DNA of 64,000 nt from Vulcanimicrobiota bacterium (GCA_963805945.1 CAWDVP010000002.1:416001-480000), one strand, 5' to 3'; positions 23,759 to 34,970 are shown, counted from the first letter of the stretch. Program-made: numbers and translations. The notes: generated by a model not told the origin, from the letters alone.

Positions 23759-24603
23759 GGATCCTCACCGGCACGTGCGGCTTCTCGTACCGCGACTGGG
23801 TCGGCCCGTTCTATCCGCCCGGCACGCGTAGCGCCGACATGCTCGAGCTCTACGCGCGGCGTTTCCCGGCCGTGGAGATCGACAGCACGTACTACGCGAT
23901 TCCGAAGCCGCAGCTGTTCGAGCGCATGGCCGCGCGCACGCCCGAGGCGTTCGTGTTCTCGGTGAAGGCGCCCGGCGCGATCACGCACGTGCCCGCGAGC
24001 GGCGAGCCGCTGGCGGCCGACGTCGAAGCGTTCCGGGCGTGTCTCGAGCCGCTGGTCTCGGCGGGCAAGCTCGGCGCGATCCTCGCGCAGTTCCCGCATA
24101 GTTTCCGACCCGATGCCGACGGCTACGCGCGGCTCGAAGCGATGCGCGCGTGGTGGCCCGAGCTGCCGATCGTGTGCGAGTTCCGCCATCGCGACTGGCA
24201 GCGCGACGGCGTCTTGACGCGGCTGCGCGAGCTGTCGTTCGGCTGGTGCAACGTCGACGAGCCGCAATTCGCATCGCTGCTGCGGCCCGGCGCGGAGTCG
24301 ACCTCGCCGATCGGCTACGTCCGCTTCCACGGCCGCAACTACGAGAAGTGGTGGCGCCAGGAACGCGCGTCGCACGAGCGTTACGATTATCTGTACGCTG
24401 AGACGGAGCTCGAGACGTGGATCCCGCGCATCGCCGACGTCGCCGAGCACACCGACACGACGTTCGTCTTCTTCAACAACCACCATATGGGCCGCGCGGC
24501 CGCCAATGCGCTCGACATGCGCCGCCTGCTTACGCCGCTCACCGGCGAGATCGTCGAAGCGGCAGGGCCGACTGCCGATCTTGCCGACCCGCGTCTATTC
24601 TAG
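23755..24603 (+). CDS. DUF72 family protein
   Basis: GTCGFSY.DW.G.FYP, VEIDSTYY, QFPHSF, EFRH, YVRFHGRN, FFNNH. Confidence 0.93.
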   Translation: MRILTGTCGFSYRDWVGPFYPPGTRSADMLELYARRFPAVEIDSTYYAIPKPQLFERMAARTPEAFVFSVKAPGAITHVPASGEPLAADVEAFRACLEPLVSAGKLGAILAQFPHSFRPDADGYARLEAMRAWWPELPIVCEFRHRDWQRDGVLTRLRELSFGWCNVDEPQFASLLRPGAESTSPIGYVRFHGRNYEKWWRQERASHERYDYLYAETELETWIPRIADVAEHTDTTFVFFNNHHMGRAAANALDMRRLLTPLTGEIVEAAGPTADLADPRLF

Positions 24604-24604
24604 G

Positions 24605-25354
24605 TCATGACGACTCGGCGGTCGCGGGTAAAGTCGGCGGGGATTCGGCAGGCGGCGCGGGCGGCGGCAATGCCGCGATACGCCTGGACAGCAGCGCGCC
24701 GCCGAGCAGATCCTGCGCGATGTGCGCGATGATGCACGGCCACAGCGATCCCGTCAAGAGGTAGATCAGCGCGAACAGCAGCCCGAGCACCGTCGTGCCG
24801 ATGACGCCGGCCCGGCCTTGGTATGCGTGCGCGAGTCCGAACGCCATGGTCGACAGCACGACCCCGAGCGCCACGCTGCCGGTGAGCTGCGCGATCACGT
24901 TGAGCGCGTACCCGCGGTAGAGGAACTCCTCGCACAGGCCGGCGGAGCAGGCGAGCGGCACGAACCACAGCCAGTCCGCGGTGCTCAGCGGGATGATGAG
25001 CCGGATCTTCTCCGCGTATGACGGCTCGATGGCGCCGCGTCGCAGCGTGCCGGCGAGCGCGATCGCGACGACGGCAAGACCGGCGAGATAGTAGAGCGGC
25101 TCGCGCGGCGGCACGAGTCCGACGTCGCTCGGGTCCTGGCCGTGCAGCCGCAGCGCGTACACCGCGAGGGCGGTGAGCGACCACAGGATCAGCATGGTGC
25201 GCGCGTAGCGGCCGTGCTTGGTGCCGCGCGGGTTTGCCGCGGCGCGGCGCGCGGCGAAGGCGCTGAGCAACGGCGCGACGATGAGGATCAACGCCAACGC
25301 GGCGACGAGGACGACGCGCGGCAGGTGCGTCAGTTCCTGAAGTGAAGGCCACAC
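24605..25354 (-). CDS. CPBP (CAAX/Abi) intramembrane metalloprotease
   Basis: EEFLYRG, FGLAHAYQG, IIAHIAQD. Confidence 0.9.
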   Translation of the reverse strand: MWPSLQELTHLPRVVLVAALALILIVAPLLSAFAARRAAANPRGTKHGRYARTMLILWSLTALAVYALRLHGQDPSDVGLVPPREPLYYLAGLAVVAIALAGTLRRGAIEPSYAEKIRLIIPLSTADWLWFVPLACSAGLCEEFLYRGYALNVIAQLTGSVALGVVLSTMAFGLAHAYQGRAGVIGTTVLGLLFALIYLLTGSLWPCIIAHIAQDLLGGALLSRRIAALPPPAPPAESPPTLPATAESS

Positions 25355-26571
25355 GCGTCCGACGTCCCCTGCCCCGGAGCGAAAATCCTGTGTTGAAGCG
25401 CGCGCTCGGTATCTTGAGCATCGGCCACCTGGCGGTGGACATCACCGGCGGCGCGCTGCCCGCCATCCTGCCGTTCCTGCAGACCGAGTTCAAGCTCTCG
25501 TACCTGCTGCTCGCGGCGGTCATCACCGTCTCGAACGTGACCTCGTCGGTCGTGCAGCCCGTGTTCGGCCTCGCCTCCGACAAGGCGGCCGCGCGCTACT
25601 TGCTGCCGCTCGGCGTGCTGCTCGCGGTGGCCGGCTTCGCGTTCATCGGCCTCGCGCAGAACTATCTGTGGCTGCTCGTCGCGGTGGCGGTGTCCGGCAT
25701 CGGCTCGGCGATCTATCATCCGGAGGCGTCGAAATCGGCGTCGTATGTGGTCGGCGAGAAGCGCGCCACCGGCATGTCGATCTTCTCGGTCGGCGGCAAT
25801 ATCGGATTCGCGCTCGGCCCGCTCGTCATCATCGGCATCATCGCGCTCGGCGGCCTGCACGGCATGTGGGTGCTGGCGATCCCCGGCGCGCTCGTCGCGG
25901 CGCTGCTCGCGACAATCCTGCCTGCGATCGCACGCGCGCAAGCCGCGCACGAGAAGCACGCCGCCGCGCGCGGGGGTCGCACGCAACGCGGCCCGATGAC
26001 GCTGCTCATCGCCGTCGTCGCGCTGCGCTCGGTGGTGTACGGCGGATTGCTCGCGTTCGTGCCGCTCTACGCGGTCAACGTGCTGCACCGCGATCCGCAC
26101 GCATCGGGTTTTCTGCTCACCGCTATACTGGGCGCAGGCGCGGCCGGCACGATCGTCGCCGCGCCGATCGCGGACCGCTTCGGCAAGCACGCCACGATGG
26201 TGGCGAGCCTCGCGCTCGTGGCGCCGCTCATCGCGGCCTTTCTGTTGCTGCCCGGTCTGCTCGGCGTCATCGCGATCGCGCTCGCGGGCGCGTGCCTCAT
26301 CGGCACGTTCACCCTGACTCTGCTGCTCGGCCAGGAGTTCATGCCCAACCGGCTCGGCCTCGCGTCCGCGTTCATGATCGGCTTCACCTCGGGACTCGGC
26401 GGCCTCGGTGTCGCCGCGCTCGGGTATGTGGCGGATGTCGCCGGTTTGACCGCCACGATCTGGTCGCTCGCGGGCATCGCGGTCGCCGGCGTCGCGCTCA
26501 CGCTGCCGCTGCACGCGCAAGAAAAAGCCGGCGATGCCTCGCCGGCCGATATGCGGACCGCCGCTCGCTAA
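25342..26571 (+). CDS. MFS transporter (Fsr-like)
   Basis: About 12 TM; QPVFG..SDK, AIYHPE, SVGGNIGFALGP, ADRFG. Confidence 0.9.
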   Translation: MKATRVRRPLPRSENPVLKRALGILSIGHLAVDITGGALPAILPFLQTEFKLSYLLLAAVITVSNVTSSVVQPVFGLASDKAAARYLLPLGVLLAVAGFAFIGLAQNYLWLLVAVAVSGIGSAIYHPEASKSASYVVGEKRATGMSIFSVGGNIGFALGPLVIIGIIALGGLHGMWVLAIPGALVAALLATILPAIARAQAAHEKHAAARGGRTQRGPMTLLIAVVALRSVVYGGLLAFVPLYAVNVLHRDPHASGFLLTAILGAGAAGTIVAAPIADRFGKHATMVASLALVAPLIAAFLLLPGLLGVIAIALAGACLIGTFTLTLLLGQEFMPNRLGLASAFMIGFTSGLGGLGVAALGYVADVAGLTATIWSLAGIAVAGVALTLPLHAQEKAGDASPADMRTAAR

Positions 26572-26575
26572 AGCG

Positions 26576-27664
26576 CTACGAGCGCAGGTTCAAGGTCGCG
26601 GTCGTTCCCGTGTTGGTGTTCGGATCGACGGACGTGATACGCACGCTGACGTTGCCGCCGCTGGTCGCCGCCGCGAGGCTCACCTGAGCCGAGAAGTTGC
26701 CGTTGCCGTCAGCCACGACGTCGGTCGAGTACGTGCCGGTGCCGACGCGGAGGATGCCGCCGAACAGCGCGGAGGCCGTCGCGGCGATATGCACGCGCGC
26801 GTATGCCGTGGTGTTGCCCGACACGGTGAACGTGCTGCTGACGGTCGAGCCGTCCTGCGGCGTGAGGTTGTTGAGGGGAATGTTGGCCGCGCTGCCGCCG
26901 GAATTGAAGGCCCAGGAGCGGTCAAAGCCGACGCCGTTGCTCGACTTGCCGATCACCTCGACCGTGTGGCGCGCCGCCGTCAGATTGTAGGACGGGGTGA
27001 AGAGGATGTCTTGAGCCGACACATATGCGGTGCTCGACACGTCGCGCCCATCGAGCGCGATGCGCACGCTGTTCGGATCGACGGTTGAGCTGAACGATGC
27101 GGAGATGGCCGGGCGCGAGGATTGCACCGTGCTGTTCGCGCCGGGCCGCAGGTTCGACAAGGTGATGGTCGCCGGCGTCTGGGTCTGCGAGACCGGCGGC
27201 GGATAATTGCCGTTGCCGTTGCCGCCGTTGATCGTCACCGTCTGAGAGTTGTCGTCCCATTGGACGTTCGCGCCCAGCGCTTCTGAGATGAATCGCAGCG
27301 GCACGAGCGTGCGCGCGCCGATGAGGAACGGCGCTTGGTCGAGCATGCGCTGCTGCCCGTCGACGATGCCCTGCGTCGAGCCGATGCGGACCTGGATGGA
27401 ATGGCCCGAACCAGTCGCGTTGATGATGCCGTTGTCATACACCACGCTTGCGCCGAGCTGTTCGAACACGCCGCGCAGGGGCACGAAGACGCGTCCGCTG
27501 CGCACGATCGCCGGCTGGTCGAGCTGCACCGTCTGACCGTTGACGACGACGCGGACGTCGGCTCGAGCGATCTGCGGCGCGAAGACGAGGAAGAGCGCGA
27601 CCGCCGCCGCGAGCGGCACGAGAAGGAACGCGGGACCACGAGTGGTTCTGAACCTAGTAAGCAT
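26576..27664 (-). CDS. Secreted protein with copper-amine-oxidase N-terminal (stalk) domain and Ig-like domains
   Basis: GGAGG RBS; GRVFVPLRGVFEQLGA and RTLVPLRFISEALGANVQWD repeats; beta-rich C-terminus. Confidence 0.88.
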   Translation of the reverse strand: MLTRFRTTRGPAFLLVPLAAAVALFLVFAPQIARADVRVVVNGQTVQLDQPAIVRSGRVFVPLRGVFEQLGASVVYDNGIINATGSGHSIQVRIGSTQGIVDGQQRMLDQAPFLIGARTLVPLRFISEALGANVQWDDNSQTVTINGGNGNGNYPPPVSQTQTPATITLSNLRPGANSTVQSSRPAISASFSSTVDPNSVRIALDGRDVSSTAYVSAQDILFTPSYNLTAARHTVEVIGKSSNGVGFDRSWAFNSGGSAANIPLNNLTPQDGSTVSSTFTVSGNTTAYARVHIAATASALFGGILRVGTGTYSTDVVADGNGNFSAQVSLAAATSGGNVSVRITSVDPNTNTGTTATLNLRS

Positions 27665-27723
27665 ACAGGCCTCCAATGAAGATGGTATACCCGGCGGCAT
27701 GCATGCGCAAACCTGCGACAGGA

Positions 27724-27773
27724 ATTACTTTGCACAGCAAAGTAATAGCAGCGAAAGCCTTTGCCTCGCAAAG
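27724..27773. promoter_or_regulatory. Two palindromic operator-like sites in a divergent intergenic region
   Basis: ATTACTTTGC-ACA-GCAAAGTAAT (27724-27746) and CTTTGC-CTC-GCAAAG (27759-27773). Confidence 0.7.
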
Positions 27774-27792
27774 CGATAAGGGAGAGGGAATC

Positions 27793-28953
27793 GTGGAGCG
27801 CTTCGATGTCGGCGTCGTGGGGGCCGGTCTCGCCGGTTTGTGGTGCGCGCGCGAGCTGGCACGTCGCGGGCTGCGCGTCGCGCTGATCGACGCGAAGCCG
27901 AGCGTCGATGCACGCGTGCGGACCACCGGCATCTTCGTGCGCCGGACGTTCGAGGAGTTCGACCTGCCGCGCGGCTGCCTCGGACGCGCCGTGCGCCGCG
28001 TCGTGCTCTACTCGCCGCGCAAGCGCGCCTTGTCGCTCACGAGCGAGCGCGACGAGTTCCGCATCGCCGACATGCGGCTGCTGTGCAACTCGCTGTTGTA
28101 CGACTGCGTCCGCAGCGGCGTGCGCTGGCTGCCCGCGACGATCGTGCGCGATCTGCGTCCCTGGGACAGCGGCACGCTGCTCGATCTCGAGACGCCGGGC
28201 GCGCGCGACACGCTTGCCGTCCGGTTCGTCGTCGGGGCCGACGGCGCGCGCTCGAAGGTCGCACAGGCGCTGCACCTCTCGCGCAACCACGACTTCATCG
28301 CCGGCGTCGAGGATGTCTACGACCTCACCGAGCCGTCGCGACCGGCGCTGCATAGCTTTCTCGACTCGACCCTCGCTCCAGGCTACATCGCGTGGGTCGC
28401 GTGCGACGGCGCGAGCGCGCACGTCGGCGTCGGCGGCGCCGCGCCGGGTTACGCGCCGGCGGCGGCGTTGCGTCGTTTCTCAAGCACGCTCGGCGGGATC
28501 CTCGATCTGCGCCGCGCGGTCCGACGCGAGCGGCGCGCCGGGCTCATACCCGTCAATGGCGTGCTGCCGCACATCGTCTGCGGCCGCGGCCTGCTGGTCG
28601 GCGACGCCGCCGGCGCCGTCTCGCCGCTCACCGCGGGCGGCCTCGACGCGTGCTTGCGCCTCTCGGACTATGCGGCGACGGCGGTCGCCGCGTATCTGCA
28701 CGGCGGCGATGCGCGCGCGCTTGCGGGATATGACGGAAAGCGTTTTGCCGCGCGCTTCATCGCGCGTCGCTTCATGCGGCACGCGCTGCGCGTCGCGAGC
28801 GCAAGCGCGCTCGAACTGGCCTGTGCCGCCCTGCGTTCGAGAGCGTTGCGAGCGTTCGCCGAGCACATGTTCTTCGGCCACGGTTCGTTCCCAGATATGG
28901 AACCCCGCCGCGTGCGTCGCTTGGAGCGCCTCTCCCACAGGCCCGCTCGCTGA
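27793..28953 (+). CDS. FAD-dependent oxidoreductase (geranylgeranyl reductase-like)
   Basis: VVGAGLAG, VGADGARS, VGDAAGAVSPLTAGG; RBS before GTG 27793. Confidence 0.88.
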   Translation: MERFDVGVVGAGLAGLWCARELARRGLRVALIDAKPSVDARVRTTGIFVRRTFEEFDLPRGCLGRAVRRVVLYSPRKRALSLTSERDEFRIADMRLLCNSLLYDCVRSGVRWLPATIVRDLRPWDSGTLLDLETPGARDTLAVRFVVGADGARSKVAQALHLSRNHDFIAGVEDVYDLTEPSRPALHSFLDSTLAPGYIAWVACDGASAHVGVGGAAPGYAPAAALRRFSSTLGGILDLRRAVRRERRAGLIPVNGVLPHIVCGRGLLVGDAAGAVSPLTAGGLDACLRLSDYAATAVAAYLHGGDARALAGYDGKRFAARFIARRFMRHALRVASASALELACAALRSRALRAFAEHMFFGHGSFPDMEPRRVRRLERLSHRPAR

Positions 28954-28973
28954 ACGCGCCGAAGCCGAAGAAC

Positions 28974-29417
28974 ATGCATAGCTCACTCTCGCGCTTCGCG
29001 CGCCTTCCGTTCTTGCTCGTCGCCGCCGGCATCGCGCTGGCCGCCTCGACCTCGCTCATCGGCTGCAAGCCGACCAGCAGCACCATCCCGGCCTGGCTGA
29101 CGGCCGACGATTCGTTCGTCATCCACGACGCGACCCGGTATAACACCCAGGATACGAACGACGTCTCGACCCTGGTCGTCGTCATCGAGACGACGTATAC
29201 CAACAAGACCTCGATCCAGCAGGCGATCCGGCCCGAGCGCTTCCAGCTGCTCGATCTCAACATGGGGACGCAGTACAACGGCATGAACGGCGGCAATATC
29301 CACGTGCCGCAGATGACCTACTCATACCTCGATCCGGGCAAATCGATCGATCTGACGCTCGGCTTCCGCGTGTCCACCTCGATCTCGTCCGCTCGTCTCG
29401 CGTATACGCCGCTATAA
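28974..29417 (+). CDS. Putative lipoprotein (DUF4352-like beta sandwich)
   Basis: Signal peptide with LIGC lipobox; F.L.D, LDPGKS..LTLGF.V pattern. Confidence 0.65.
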   Translation: MHSSLSRFARLPFLLVAAGIALAASTSLIGCKPTSSTIPAWLTADDSFVIHDATRYNTQDTNDVSTLVVVIETTYTNKTSIQQAIRPERFQLLDLNMGTQYNGMNGGNIHVPQMTYSYLDPGKSIDLTLGFRVSTSISSARLAYTPL

Positions 29418-29449
29418 GCAAGGACGCGCGACGCCCTTCACCCGGAGAC

Positions 29450-32202
29450 GACGCAGCGCGACGGCTGCTGCTCATCGACACCTACGCGTTGGTCTATCGC
29501 GCCTTCTTCGCGCTGCCGCCGCTCACGACGAAGGACGGACGGCCTGCCAATGCGGTGTACGGCTTCGAGCGCATGCTCAACCGCATCGTCGGCGACGAGC
29601 GGCCGACCCACGTGATCGCATGTTTCGACGCAGGCATCCCAGCCGAGCGGCTCGCCGCGGCGCCGCAGTACAAAGCGAACCGGCCGGCGACGCCGGACGA
29701 TCTCGAATCGCAGTTCCCCATCGTGCGCCAGGTGTTGGAGGCGTGGGGCATCCCCATCGTCGAGGTCGAGGGCGAAGAGGCCGACGATTGCATCGCCACG
29801 CTCGCAGCGCAGGCGTCGCGCGAGGGCGTGCAGACGATCGTGGTGACGGGCGACAACGATCTGCTGCAGCTCGTCGACGACCGCGTCACGGTGGTGCTGA
29901 CCCGCCGCGGCATCTCCGACTTGGCGCGCTACGACGTCGCCGCGGTGCGCGAGCGCTACGGCCTGACGCCGGCGCAGCTGCCGGACTATCGCGGGCTCAA
30001 GGGAGACCCGTCGGATAATCTCGCCGGCGTCCCCGGCATCGGCGAGAAGACCGCGGTGAAGCTCATCGCCGCGTACGGCTCGCTCGATGCGCTGCTCGCG
30101 CGAGTGGACGAAGTGACGCCCCCGCGCATCGCCGGCCTGCTCGCCGAGCATGCGGCGCAAGCGCGCGCGTGCCGCGACGTGTCCATCGCCAAGCGCGATC
30201 TGCCGATCGCCGTGCGCTGGGACGAGTGCGAGCTGCGCACCTCGGATCCGAGCGCCCGCAATAAGTTGTTCGCCGAACTCGGCTTCCGCTCGCTGCAGCA
30301 GGGTCCGGCCGCTCCGCCGACGCGCAGGCGCACGCCCAATGCGCGCGGCGACGACCAACGCCGCCGCGTTGACCGACGTCGTCGTCCGCGCGACGCCGCC
30401 CATCGAGCTCATGACGACCGCCTATCGCCTCGTCGTCGAGCCGGCGCGGGTGCTCGGGGTGCTCGCGGCGGCGCGCAACGCGAGCGAGTGGGCCTTGTGC
30501 GCCTTGCCCGCGCCGGCCTCGTGGCGCGACCCGGAGCCGATCGCCTTCGCGATCGCGCGTGCGCCGGGCATCGCCGAGGTCATACCTTCGATCGTGCTGT
30601 TGCACGATGCCGCCGTGCGCGAGACGTTCGCCGCGCTGCTGGCGGACGGCAGCGCGAAGATCGTGCACGGCGCCAAGTCGCTCGCCGGCTGGTTCGCCGC
30701 GCGCGACCTCGCGCTCGCCGGCGTCGCGTTCGACGCCCAGCTCGCGCACGGTCTGCTCGACACGAGCCGCGTCGACCCGACGTTTGCCGAAACCTTGGAG
30801 TTCGCCGGCGCCCAGAGCATCTACCGCCCGTTGGGCGCGACGCAATCGAGCATGGAGCTGTTCGCGCCTGCCCCCGAGCTCGCCGCCGCGCACGCCTCGG
30901 CGGCGGATGCGCTCGTGCGCGCGACGCCACGGCTGCGCGGCGCTCGTCGACGATGCCGGCATGGGAGCGCTGCTGCGCGACGTCGAGCAGCCGCTCGCAG
31001 CGGTGCTCGCGGCGATGGAGCGTACCGGCTTCCGGCTCGATCTCGACGAGCTGGCGCGCATCCGCGGCCACCTCGAACGCGTCATGTCGGAGACCTCGGC
31101 CGCGATCTTCGCGATCGCCGGCGCCGAGTTCAACATCAACTCGCCCAAGGCGCTCGGCGAAGTGCTCTTCGAGAAGCTCGGGCTGCAGCACGGCGGCAAG
31201 ACGAGGACCGGCTACGCGACCGGCATCGAAGTGCTCGCGCCGCTCGCCGCCGACAACCCGATCGCCGCGAAAGTGCTGGAGTTCCGCGAGGTGTCGAAGC
31301 TCAAGTCGACCTACGTCGACGCCTTGCCCGCGCTGCTCGATCCAGCGACCGGCCTGCTCCACACCACCTTTCATCAGCTCGGCGCGGCGACCGGCCGTCT
31401 TTCGAGCAGCGATCCCAACTTGCAGAACATCCCGGTCCGCAGCGCGCTCGGCCGGGAGATCCGGCGCGCGTTCTTCGCACCGCTGCCGGGCGAGGTGCTG
31501 CTCGCGGCCGACTACTCGCAGATCGAATTGCGGCTGTTCGCGCATCTCTCGCGGCGATCCCGAACTCATCGAGGCGTTCAGACGCGGCGAGGACATCCAC
31601 GAGTACACCGCGCGCGGCGTGTTCGCGCGTGGCCGCCGAAGCGCCGATCGCACGCAGAACTGCGCCGGCGCGCCAAAGCGGTCAACTTCGGCATCCTGTA
31701 CGGCCAAGGCGAGTTCGGCCTGTCGCAGAGCGTCGGCTTCTCGCGTGCGGAGGCGCGCGAATTCATCGGCGCGTATTTCAGACGTTTTCCGCAGGTGCGC
31801 GGGTATATCGACGGCGCGCTCGAGGTCGCGCGCGAGCGCGGCTACGTCACGACGTTGATGGGCCGCCGGCGCGTGCTGCCCGATCTTCGCTCGCATAACC
31901 CGGCAGCGCGTGCCGCCGCCGAGCGCATGGCGATCAACGCGCCGCTGCAAGGCAGCGCCGCCGATCTCATCAAGGCCGCGATGCGCGACGTCGCGCGGCG
32001 ATTCGAAGCGCAAGGGCTTTCGGCGCGTCTCGTGCTGCAGGTCCACGACGAGCTGATCGTCGCGACGCCGCCGCAGGAACTGGACGCGGTCCGCGCTACG
32101 CTGGCGGACGCGATGGAACATGCCATGGAGCTGCGCGTGCCGCTCGTCGTCGACTTCAAGGCCGGTCCGACCTGGGGCGAAGCGGAAGCGGCTGTGGTCT
32201 AG
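29450..32202 (+). CDS. polA: DNA polymerase I (several apparent indels; start codon not evident)
   Basis: LLLID..YRAFFALP, EADD, GDPSDN..GVPGIGEKTA, TGRLSSSDPNLQNIP, ADYSQIELR, KAVNFG, LQVHDEL. Confidence 0.93.
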
Positions 32203-32208
32203 CCTCGT

Positions 32209-33019
32209 ATGCCCGAACTGCCCGAAGTCGAGACCATCGCGCGCCATCTCCATCCGAAGATCGCCGGCAGGCGCATCGCGTCGATCGAAGCGCTGTGGGC
32301 GCGCAGCATCGACCACCGCGGCTCGCCGGCACGCACGATCGAAGGCGACACGATCGCCGGGGTGCACCGGCTCGGCAAATTCGTCGCGCTCGAGCTCGCG
32401 AGACGAGCCGCGCCCTGCACGATCCATCTGCGCATGACCGGCCGGCTCATCGTCGATGCGCCCGCGGCGCTGCCGCACACGCGCGTCGCGATCGCGTTCG
32501 CGGACGGCGGCACGGCTCGACGTTCTCCGACGCGCGCAAGTTCGGACGGATGCGCATCGTCGAGGGCGACCCGCGCGCGGTCCTCGGCATCGGCGTCGAC
32601 CCGTTCGATCCCGCGCTCACGCCGGCACGCTTCGGCGAGATGCTGCGCGGCTCGCGCGCGACGATCAAAGCCTGGCTGCTCGACCAGCGCAAGCTCGCCG
32701 GCATCGGCAATATCTACGCCTGCGAGGCGCTCTTCTATGCGGGCATCCGGCCGACGCGCAAGGCCGGCCGGAAAACTCACATGTCGCGGAGCGTTGGCGC
32801 TGTTGCGCGCGCTGCGCAAAGTAATGCGAAAAGCCATATTCATCGGGGTTCTAGCGTCGACGACTACGTCGATGCGGAAGGGAAACGAGGGCGAGTTTCA
32901 GAAGAAAGTTGACTGTCTACGGGCGTGGTGGTTTGCCGTGTCGCCGCTGCGCAGCGACGGTCCGGCGGGTTGTCCTCGCGCAAAGGGGGACGTTTTTCTG
33001 CCCCGTGTGCCAGCACTGA
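32209..33019 (+). CDS. mutM: Formamidopyrimidine-DNA glycosylase (frameshifted)
   Basis: MPELPEVET, HLRMTG, LLDQRKLAGIGNIYACEALF, C-terminal zinc finger TFFCPVCQH*. Confidence 0.92.
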
Positions 33020-33084
33020 TCAATTCGTTCCACGCAGCATCACAGACGAAATAACTCGGAAGAGGGATAGGTTAACTTTTGTTA

Positions 33085-34302
33085 ATGACAGACACGCCGG
33101 CGACCGCGGAGACCCAGATCCCAGCGGACACGCAGCCGCAAGACGAGTTCGCGCTCGAACAGCAACTCTACGAAGCGAGCCTGCGCACGCTCGACGAAGG
33201 ACAGGTCCTCACCGGCGTCATCGTCGCGAAGACGCATGACGAGCTGCTCGTCGACATCGGCGGCAAATCGGAGGGCATCGTCACCGGGCGCGAATTATCG
33301 CCGGGCATGCGCGTCGCAGACCTCAAGGTCGGCGACACGCTCGAGGTGCTCGTATACCGCATCGACGGCGACGGCGATGGCGCGATGTACCTCTCGGAAC
33401 GGCGCGCGCGCGCGCTCAAGACATGGGAGCGCGTGCTCGAAGCGCATGAGAACAACGAGGCGATCACCGCCACCGTGACCCAAGTGGTCAAGGGCGGCGT
33501 GCTCGTCGATCTTGGGATGCGCGGCTTCGTGCCCGCCTCGCAGATACGGCGCCATCCGGTCGGCAATCTCGAAGAGATGGTCGGCAAGGTGCTGCGCCTC
33601 AAGGTCATCGACCTCGACCACAAACGGCGGCGCGTCGTGCTCAGCCAGCGCGTCGTGCTCGAAGAAGAGCTCAACCAGAAGAAGCAAGAGCTGCTCTCCA
33701 CGCTCGAACCCGGCCAGATCCGCGAAGGCACGGTCGTGCGGCTCGCGGACTTCGGCGCGTTCGTGGATCTGGGCGGCGTCGACGGTCTGATCCACAACAG
33801 CGAGCTGTCGTGGTCGCGCATCAAACATCCCAGCGAAGCGGTGCAGATCGGCGATAAAGTGCAAGTCGAGATCATGAAGTTCGACTCGGAAGCACGCAAG
33901 GTCAGCCTGTCGCTCAAGCACTCGCTCGCGGATCCGTGGAAGACCGTGCCCGATCAGCTGCAAGAAGACCAGATCGTGCCGGCCACGCTCATCAAGGCGA
34001 CCGCCAACTATCTGTTGGTGGAAGTGCTGCCCGGCGTCACCGGCATGGTGCCGAAGTCGGAGTTCGATGCCGCCAATCCGCCCGCGATGGGCGAGCAGGT
34101 CAACGTCAAGCTGCTCTCCATCAACGTCGGCTCGCGGCGCATCAACGCGAGCGTCCTCAAGGCGTTGCCCGAGGGCGAAGCCGCGCGTGTGAGCGCGATG
34201 GCCGAGGCTGCGGCTGCGGCTGCGGCGAGCGCGGACGGCGTGCCTGAAGCCGCGACGACGGACGAAGCCTCAGCTGAAACGACGGCAGACGTACCGACAT
34301 AG
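33085..34302 (+). CDS. rpsA: 30S ribosomal protein S1 (short form)
   Basis: VDIGGKSEG, GFVPASQ, FGAFVDLGGVDGLIH S1 repeats. Confidence 0.92.
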   Translation: MTDTPATAETQIPADTQPQDEFALEQQLYEASLRTLDEGQVLTGVIVAKTHDELLVDIGGKSEGIVTGRELSPGMRVADLKVGDTLEVLVYRIDGDGDGAMYLSERRARALKTWERVLEAHENNEAITATVTQVVKGGVLVDLGMRGFVPASQIRRHPVGNLEEMVGKVLRLKVIDLDHKRRRVVLSQRVVLEEELNQKKQELLSTLEPGQIREGTVVRLADFGAFVDLGGVDGLIHNSELSWSRIKHPSEAVQIGDKVQVEIMKFDSEARKVSLSLKHSLADPWKTVPDQLQEDQIVPATLIKATANYLLVEVLPGVTGMVPKSEFDAANPPAMGEQVNVKLLSINVGSRRINASVLKALPEGEAARVSAMAEAAAAAAASADGVPEAATTDEASAETTADVPT

Positions 34303-34326
34303 GTCGCGAGCTCGCGAACAATGTCA

Positions 34327-34354
34327 ATGTAGGGGCCGATCTTCAGATCGGCCC
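34327..34354 (+). repeat. REP element, family A
   Basis: ATGTAG head + GGGCCGATC-TTCA-GATCGGCCC. Confidence 0.8.
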
Positions 34355-34371
34355 GTTCTCATGACGGCTCC

Positions 34372-34959
34372 ATGGTGATCGGCCTCACCGGCGGCATCGG
34401 TTCGGGCAAGTCGACGGTGGCCACGCTGTTCGAGGCGCGCGGCGCGCGCGTCATCGACACAGACGAGGTCGCGCGCGAGGTCGCCATGCCTGGCAGCGCG
34501 GTGCTCGCCGCGATCCACTACGAATTCGGCGAAAGCGTCATCGCTCCGGACGGCAGCCTCAAGCGCGCCGAGCTCGCGCGCATCGTCTTCTCCGATCCGC
34601 GCCGGCGCGAGCGGCTCAACGAACTGACGCATCCGGCCATCGTCGAGCGCACGCTCGAGATGATCGCGCATCAGCCCGCCGACGCGAAGGTCGTCGTCGT
34701 GGTGCCCTTGCTGTTCGAATCGGGCTTCGACAAACGCTGCGACGTCACGATCGCTATCGTGGCGGACCCGGCGTCGCGCCGGACGAGAGTGGCCACGCGC
34801 GACAAGGTGTCGGAAGAGCACGTCGCGGCGCGCATGAACGCGCAGCTGCCTGACGAGGAATACGAACGCAAAGCGGATCACGTCATCCGCAACGACGGCA
34901 GCCTCGCGGATCTTGAGAACTCGGTCGACGCCGTATGGCGCAAGCTGGGATCGAGCTAG
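34372..34959 (+). CDS. coaE: Dephospho-CoA kinase
   Basis: IGLTGGIGSGKST, LNELTHP, VPLLFE. Confidence 0.96.
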   Translation: MVIGLTGGIGSGKSTVATLFEARGARVIDTDEVAREVAMPGSAVLAAIHYEFGESVIAPDGSLKRAELARIVFSDPRRRERLNELTHPAIVERTLEMIAHQPADAKVVVVVPLLFESGFDKRCDVTIAIVADPASRRTRVATRDKVSEEHVAARMNAQLPDEEYERKADHVIRNDGSLADLENSVDAVWRKLGSS

Positions 34960-34970
34960 CAGCGTTCGAC

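Noticed and set aside
27700..27775. c-di-GMP-I riboswitch (GCAAACC...GAAAGCC fragments)
   Set aside because: The expected P2 GNRA hairpin and P3 cannot be built; DNA palindromes explain the region better.
29420..29490. Non-canonical start codon for polA
   Set aside because: No ATG, GTG or TTG lies in frame before LLLID, but in an indel-prone assembly this cannot be distinguished from error.
29438..32478. Long antisense and alternate-frame ORFs here and throughout (Arg/Ala-rich)
   Set aside because: Typical shadow ORFs of high-GC coding DNA, with no motifs and fully overlapping recognised genes.
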